Assembly (NCBI RefSeq): GCF_006345805.1
Contig: NW_021834964.1
Coordinates: 1-43,911 of the forward strand
Length of the DNA: 43,911 nucleotides
Reading direction: 5' to 3'
Origin: Octopus sinensis
Taxonomy: Eukaryota
Shown here: one piece after another, positions 36,614-43,911 of the stretch
Layout of the letters: each line of letters begins with the position of its first letter
Position numbering within the stretch: position 1 is the stretch's first letter
Position numbers and translations under genes: made by a program
Notes under the pieces: model-generated
Told to the model about the DNA's origin: nothing
Database searches by the model: none
What the model saw: the letters and a program-made list of their open reading frames with translations, nothing else

Positions 36614-36685
36614 AAAAAAGGAACCAAGAAGTGGACCGAAACGACGAATCGGAACGAACCTGATACGGGGCGCTGCCAGACAATA

Positions 36686-36899
36686 AGGTGATAAATAAAA
36701 ATATATGCATACATTCAAACATATATGTACGTACCTACATCTACGTGTATATATGCATGCATGGTTTTTTCCGTTTCTACGTCTTATTGTGATGTCTTGT
36801 ACTCACGTATAATTATTTATATATGCATGTATATATACACGTAGATGTAGGTACGTACATATATGTTTGTATGTATGCATATATTTTTATTTATCACCT
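36686..36899. repeat. 77-bp inverted repeat (2 mismatches) with 60-nt spacer
   Basis: 36686-36762 is the reverse complement of 36823-36899, except cattc/catac and tgcat/tacat. Confidence 0.9.
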
Positions 36900-36990
36900 A
36901 TATATATATATATATATATATATATAAGAATTTTTTTGCGTAATAAGGTAAAACAATCTAAAGTTGTATAGATATTAGAGCATTTATAGA

Positions 36991-37048
36991 TAGGTCTTAC
37001 ATCTGTTTCTAGGATATTTATTAATAATATCCCTTCATCAGGGACGGT
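36991..37048 (-). ncRNA. Degenerate hammerhead-like motif of Penelope-type layout
   Basis: Minus strand reads ACCGUCC-CUGAUGA-A-GGGAUAUU-AUUAAUA-AAUAUCCU-A-GAAA-C-AGAU-G-UA^-AGACCUA. The core, an 8-bp stem II and a 2-bp stem III are present, but stem I pairs at only 3 of 5 positions. Confidence 0.45.
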
Positions 37049-37096
37049 GTGTGAGGATAGTTAAGTCATAGTTAGTTTAGTTGTGAAATATATATA

Positions 37097-37864
37097 TTTG
37101 TAATTCCACTTAGCAACGATTACATTGATAGCATTAATGTTCTTCTTAATGACCCTTGGCAATAAAAACAAATCCTCATGATGCAGCCGCCGAGTATGAA
37201 GGTCTATTCCAGCAGACTTAATGACTCCTATTATGAACCAGAAATCAGACTGCTTGAGCGGTTGGTGAAGTTTATATATATATATATAGCAATCCCAACA
37301 AATATGCGTGACAACCAAAATGTCTTTACTAAACATAACATAATAAACTTATGTTTCTAGTTGCCAATGAAAATTCGGTTAAACTATTTTCTTAAAAACT
37401 CACTTTAAAACAGGAGTCCATATTAAATATGCATATAAACAATTGAAATCGAATATAGAAACTGAAGTTTCTATAAACAAAACAGATTTGGACACCCTTT
37501 AGTAAGCACTGCAGCAACTCGATAAAAAGTAATTAGCAATAAGAAATATTTAAATATGCACTTTTATTTACTAAATGTAAGAATAACTATAATAAAAATA
37601 GTGACCTCTTAACCTTATCTCTTCGACTAACGGCACAAAAACTGCAGTAAAAAAGACAAGATAAACTGAATTACTAAAACATCATTTTTGTAATTCCACT
37701 TAGCAACGATTACATTGATAGCATTAATGTTCTTCTTAATGACCCTTGGCAATAAAAACAAATCCTCATGATGCAGCCGCCGAGTATAAAGGTCTATTCC
37801 AGCAGACTTAATGACTCCTATTATGAACCAGAAATCAGACTGCTTGAGCAGTTGGTGAAGTTTA
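37097..37864 (+). repeat. 178-bp direct duplication (37097-37274 and 37687-37864)
   Basis: Two mismatches between the copies. Offset 590 bp. Confidence 0.92.
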
Positions 37865-38196
37865 GAAAGTTATATTTATTCATAGCCTTCTCAAAGCGAC
37901 AGAAGAACAAAAATGATATTTGCGTGCGAACTATCACTGCCTTCTAACACTCGCCCACAGAAAACAAATCCAAATCCGTTGATAAATAAATCAATTCATA
38001 CATGTAAGAATTTCTAGCAATTAATTATCTTCTTGAGTTTACTGAAAGTTAGAATCATACATATTAATCTTATATTAAAAGCGAATGTAAATACAATGTT
38101 GATATTTAAAATAATCTCAAAGTCGTATATTTTCAGAAGGGATTAAATCTACAACGTTTGACCAACCTAGATTCGAATTCAAAGCGTAAAGTATCT

Positions 38197-38395
38197 AAAT
38201 ACCTATTTCTTTACTACCCACAAGGGGCTAAACACAGAGAGGGGACAAACAGGGACAGACAAACAGATTAAGTCGATTATATCGAACCCAGTGTGAAACT
38301 GGTACTTATTTAATCGACCCCGAAAGGATGAAAGGCAAAGTCGACCTCGGCGGAATTTGAACCCAGAACGTAGCGGCAGACGCAATAGCGCCAAT
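38197..38395 (-). mobile_element. Family B SINE unit
   Basis: aaatacctatttctttactaccc...ggaatttgaacccagaacg. Confidence 0.85.
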
Positions 38396-38830
38396 TATTG
38401 TATGGCCTTTAATAGATTATATCTATTTAGAAAAGTGAATTAATGAAATTGAACACATCACCTTGCCCTGTTTTTGCAGGCTTTTACGCTGTAGTCTAAA
38501 ATCTCAAAAAATTCGCTATCATTAAATCTTCACTAATCATATACCTATATTAAAAATCAGTAGCTCTAAAGTGTAGTGGATATGTAATATCGAATAAATG
38601 CCTTACTTCTATAGTTCCATCATTTCATATTTCGTTTACAAATCGAACCGAGGCCGATTTGCCTTTTATCCGCAATTTTAGTTAAAGCAATGTATCGCAC
38701 ATGAAGTGAACAATATCATCGATCATACATCTTCCTCAAATAGACAACCTTTTCCCTACGTCATTTATCAATTTTGTATGTCAATAATATGAGCGTCGAA
38801 CAAAATCACTTATGGTATTTAGTTACTTAA

Positions 38831-39436
38831 AAGGCGGCGAGCTGGCAGAAACGTTAGCACGTCGGGCGAAATGTGCTTAACGGTATTTCGTCTGCCGTTA
38901 CGTTCTGAGATCAAATTCCGCCGAGGTCGACTTTGCCTTTCATCCATTTCGTGGTCGATAAATTAAGTACCAGTTACGCACTGGGGTCGATGTAATCGAC
39001 TTAATCCCTTTGTCTGTCCTTGTTTGCCCCCTCTGTGCTTAGCCCCTTTGTGGGTAGTAAAGAAATAGGTATTTCGTCTGCCGCTACGTTTTGAGTTCAA
39101 ATTCTGCCGAAGTTGACTTTACCTTTCCTCCTTTCGGGGTCGATAAATAAAGTACTAGTTTCGCACTGGGGTCGATGTAATCGACTTAATCCCTTTGTCT
39201 GTCCTTGTTTGTCCCCTCTGTGTTTAGCTCCTTTGTGGGTAGTAAAGGAATAGGTATTTCGTCTGCCGTTACGTTTTGAGTTCAAATTCCGCCGAGGTTG
39301 ACTTTGCCTTTCTTTCTTTCAGGGTCGATAAATAATGTACCAGTTTCGCACTGGGGTCGTTATAATCGACTTAATCTCTTTGTCTGTCCTTGTTTGTCCC
39401 CTCTGTGTTTAGCGCCTTGTGGGTAGTAAAGAAATA
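38831..39436 (+). mobile_element. Family B SINE with one head and three ~185-bp tandem bodies
   Basis: ggtatttcgtctgccg occurs at 38882, 39068 and 39253. Confidence 0.9.
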
Positions 39437-40059
39437 TATACTACTCTTCATAAGACTGTGTAAAATATTTTCATCATCACTACAGTTGCTATGCTACTAA
39501 ATGTTTTGGTGGACATGATGGTGGTGGTAGTGGGGATTATGTGAAAAATAGATGTGAAAAATAGATGTCCTCACCGCTATGTGTATCCGAGGTAAGAAAA
39601 GCATCCCCACCCAGACACCGATTATAAAGTTTAACAGCGGGCGTCATAATTCTAACAACGGAAGAAACAAGATGATATATATATTTTCATGAAAACAAGA
39701 TATCTGATAGATAAATTAGCTCAGCCTCTTTTCACGCAGTGAAGAGTGCGGGGTGTCTATACCTAGAGGATTGAACAAAATGGTTTCAACAAAACAAAGT
39801 ATTTTCAACAAAAACAACGTAACTTTTGAGCGCCGAATCTAAGCACATACAATACAAAACAATAATGATAATGCTTTTATACTAGGCAATCAGCCAGAAA
39901 TTTGAGAGGAGTCAAATAATAATGTTCATATTTCTTTTCACCTCAGCCCATTTATACATACCAAAACATGTTACAAAAGATGATAGAAAATTAAGTCGGA
40001 ATATGCAAACAGAGTTATATATAAACAAGATTTGAAGAAAGCATCAATATATATACCGG

Positions 40060-40807
40060 TTTCAAATTTTGACACAGGGCCAACAATTCGAATGAGGGGA
40101 AAATCGATTTCATCGACCCCTAGTGCTTAACCCGTGCTTTATTTATTGACCACAAAAGGATGAAAGGCAAAGTGGTCACCGGTAACATTTGAAATCAGAA
40201 CCTCAAGAGGGTAAAAACAAAAAAATGACTCTAGACATTTTTCCCTTCGCCGTAACGATTCTTATTTCTTCATTACTCACAAGGGCCTAAAGGATAGAGG
40301 GGACAAACAAGGACAGACAAACGGATTAAGTCGATTATATCGACCCCAGTGCGTAACTGGTACTTAATTTATCGACTCCGAAAGGATGATAGGCAAAGTC
40401 GACCTCGGCGGAATTTGAACGCAGAACGTAATGACAGATGAAATACCTATTTCTTTACTACCCACAATGAGCTAAAACACAGAGAGGACAAACAAGGACA
40501 GACAAATGGTTTAAATCGATTACATCGATTACATCGAACTCAGAACGTAGGGGCAGACGAAATAACGCTAAGCATTTTGCCCGGCGTTTTAACGATTCTG
40601 CCAGCTCACTGTAACGATTCTGCCAATCTGACACCTTTCAATCTACAATCAATTGGTTTCAAATTTTGGCTCAAGGCCAGCAATTTCAGAACAGTTGTGG
40701 AAGTTGATTACATTGATTTCAGTGTTCGACTGGTATTTCTTTTATCGACTCTAAAAGGATAAAAAGCAAAATCGACCCCGGCAGCATCTGAATTCAGAAA
40801 GTAAAGA

Positions 40808-40810
<3 letters not shown>
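40060..40810 (-). mobile_element. Cluster of family B-type SINE units
   Basis: Repeated reverse-complement motifs, including the unit junction aaatacctatttcttt at 40441. Confidence 0.75.
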
Positions 40811-41668
<858 letters not shown>

Positions 41669-41762
41669 GAAGAAATGGTGCCAAGCGTTCTGCCAGCTCA
41701 CCGCCTTTCCATATACAATGTATTGAAACATATTAATTACAGTTTTTACATCGGATGGATGG

Positions 41763-41990
41763 AAGCACTCCGTCGGTTACGACGACGAGAATTCCGGTTG
41801 ATCTGATCAACGGAACAGCCTGCTCGTGAAATTAACGTGTAAGGGGCTGAGCACTACACAGACACGTGTACCCTTAACGTAGTTCTCGGGGATATTCAGC
41901 GTGACACAGAGAGTGACCAGGCCGGCCCTTTGAAACACAGGTACAACAGAAACAGGAAGTAAGAGTGAGAGAAAGTTGTGGTGAAAGGCA
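41763..41990 (-). mobile_element. SINE family C, 3' half
   Basis: Reverse complement of the C body with a (CCAT)n tail. Confidence 0.85.
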
Positions 41991-42844
41991 AGTAAAAGCA
42001 AATTAAAAGTGCATCGCATCCACATGCCGTGGAAAAATAGTCACCATTTTGGGAAACATGGGGTATATCAGAGTAACCCATGTTTCCCAACATCTAACTC
42101 CTTTGGTAATAGAACCAGAAAAAAACCTAATACATCCTGACCTATTTTTTATAATTTTTGGTCACAATCTATTTACATACTCTATGTAGTACATCGCTAA
42201 AATGTGTCATACGCAGTCAAAATGGCGTTTGTCAAAAACTGTAATTAAGAAGAGTCTATTGTTTGTTTCTTATCTTTTCCTGAACCAACATATTCCTTAT
42301 CGTCCAGATTTAAGATGAAATCAAACAGAGAAGCATCGCATTCTGAATCATAAATAAGCTAACTGATCTCATGTTGACAGGCTCCTATTCATGCCTCGCA
42401 CGCTTCTTTCTGGCCATATATTTTCTTGTTTCATTTTCCGCTTTTCATTCCGGCGATAGTTCACCATTCTTCTCCAGTATTTCCCCTCAGCTTGCTCAAA
42501 AGTCGATTACTCTCAATAGGGAAAATTTCAGCAATTTTGCTGCCATTCTAGTGTCCCTGAGCGTAAGTTAATTTATTTTGCCATCCTCTGAGATGCTACC
42601 AACAGTAAGACTAAGTGAAATAAGGGAGTTATATATTTTGTGTCCGGTTATTTTTGTAGCAGATTCTGCTATATTCTGTATTCTTATATTTTCTGTGCTT
42701 CTAGGTTTTCAACTTAGAATGCCCTCCGGTTTACTTATGCTGCATCACTGTGACATCACCCCCTTGTATATATATTTATATATATATAAATACATATTTG
42801 AATATACATACATACTGATATAATTGAATATATATATTATATAT

Positions 42845-43321
42845 ATATGGTAAGAAGCTTCATTTCCAACCACAAGGTTCCGGGGTCAGTCCTACTACAT
42901 GGCATCATGGGCATTTGTCTCCTGATATAACCTCCGGCCGACCAAAGATTTGTGAGGTGATTTGGTTGGCGGTAACTGAAAAGAGCCTGCCGAATATTAT
43001 ACATTTATACTTTTATTCTTGTAGTTGTTCCAGTCATTTGACTGTGGTCATGCTGCAGCACCGCCTTTAGTTGAGCAAACTCAATCAGGATTATTCTTTG
43101 TGAGCTTAGTACTTATTCTATCGTTGTTTCCGAACCACTAATTTACGTGGACGTAAACACATCAACATCGGTTGTTGAGCTACGGTTGGGGGACAAAACA
43201 GATACACAAATATATGCAAACACACGCACACACACATATATGTGTGTTTGTATATATATATGTTTGTATATATATATATATATGTTATATATGTATATAT
43301 ATAATATATATTATTATATAT

Positions 43322-43366
<45 letters not shown>

Positions 43367-43468
43367 CAATAAATATAGGTATATATATAGATATATATAT
43401 ATGTATATATATATATAAATAAATATATGTATATATATAATATATATATACATATATATATATACATA

Positions 43469-43499
<31 letters not shown>

Positions 43500-43720
43500 C
43501 ATATATATATATATGTATGTTTGTATGTATATATTTTGTGTCTGTGTGGTATGCATGTTTGTCACACGACCATACTGTTGTGTTCATGTAATGATAAGAC
43601 ACCGAGAGAAGAAGTACTAGACTTACAAGGATAAGTCCTGACGGTTGATTTGTTCGACTAAAGGCGGTGCCCCAGCATGGCCGTAGTCCGATAACTAAAA
43701 CAAGTGAAAGAATAAAAGAT
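42845..43720. mobile_element. Interleaved diverged family A fragments (+ 42845-42990, - 43010-43200, + 43540-43720)
   Basis: Family A head, reverse 3' half and forward 3' half, separated by an AT microsatellite. Confidence 0.65.
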
Positions 43721-43748
43721 AAATAATATATATAACATATACAATTGC

Positions 43749-43802
<54 letters not shown>

Positions 43803-43911
43803 TATTTATTCTATCTCAAAATACTTAAGCTCCGGTAGATGCAGAAACACACACACACACACACATATATATATAAACACATGTATACGTATGTATGCAC
43901 ACTTACATACA
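43200..43911 (+). repeat. AT-dinucleotide-rich tracts
   Basis: Direct reading. Confidence 0.85.

Noticed and set aside
36625-36685. ccgaaacgacg ... cctgatac, reminiscent of a Penelope or hammerhead end
   Set aside because: CUGANGA is incomplete (ctgatac) and no consistent three-stem fold was found.

Overview
AT-rich, repeat-dominated eukaryotic intronic or intergenic DNA. It is most likely from an octopus or other coleoid cephalopod; this is inferred from the SINE families and microsatellite load, not from a database hit. No intact protein-coding gene is supported. Nearly all long ORFs in the track are translations of (ATAG)n, (AT)n, (GT)n, (AAT)n or (ATC)n microsatellites. The window holds at least four tRNA-derived SINE families in many copies, decayed LINEs (two R4/Dong-like RLE elements abutting an (AAT)n array, an RTE 3' end, a CR1/L2-like 3' end), two Tc1/mariner remnants and a Helentron-like non-autonomous element. 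The main finding is at 14634-16433: an ORF-less ~467-bp tandem repeat inserted in (TA)n, arranged as two divergent arms. The unit carries a complete type I hammerhead ribozyme fold, present four times (two per strand). This is the architecture of a non-LTR retrozyme, a circRNA-producing ribozyme retroelement. A strongly diverged relative at 32947-33360 keeps the hammerhead core with fully compensatory stems I and II, which argues for a real, selected ribozyme family. A third, degenerate Penelope-style hammerhead lies at 36991-37048.
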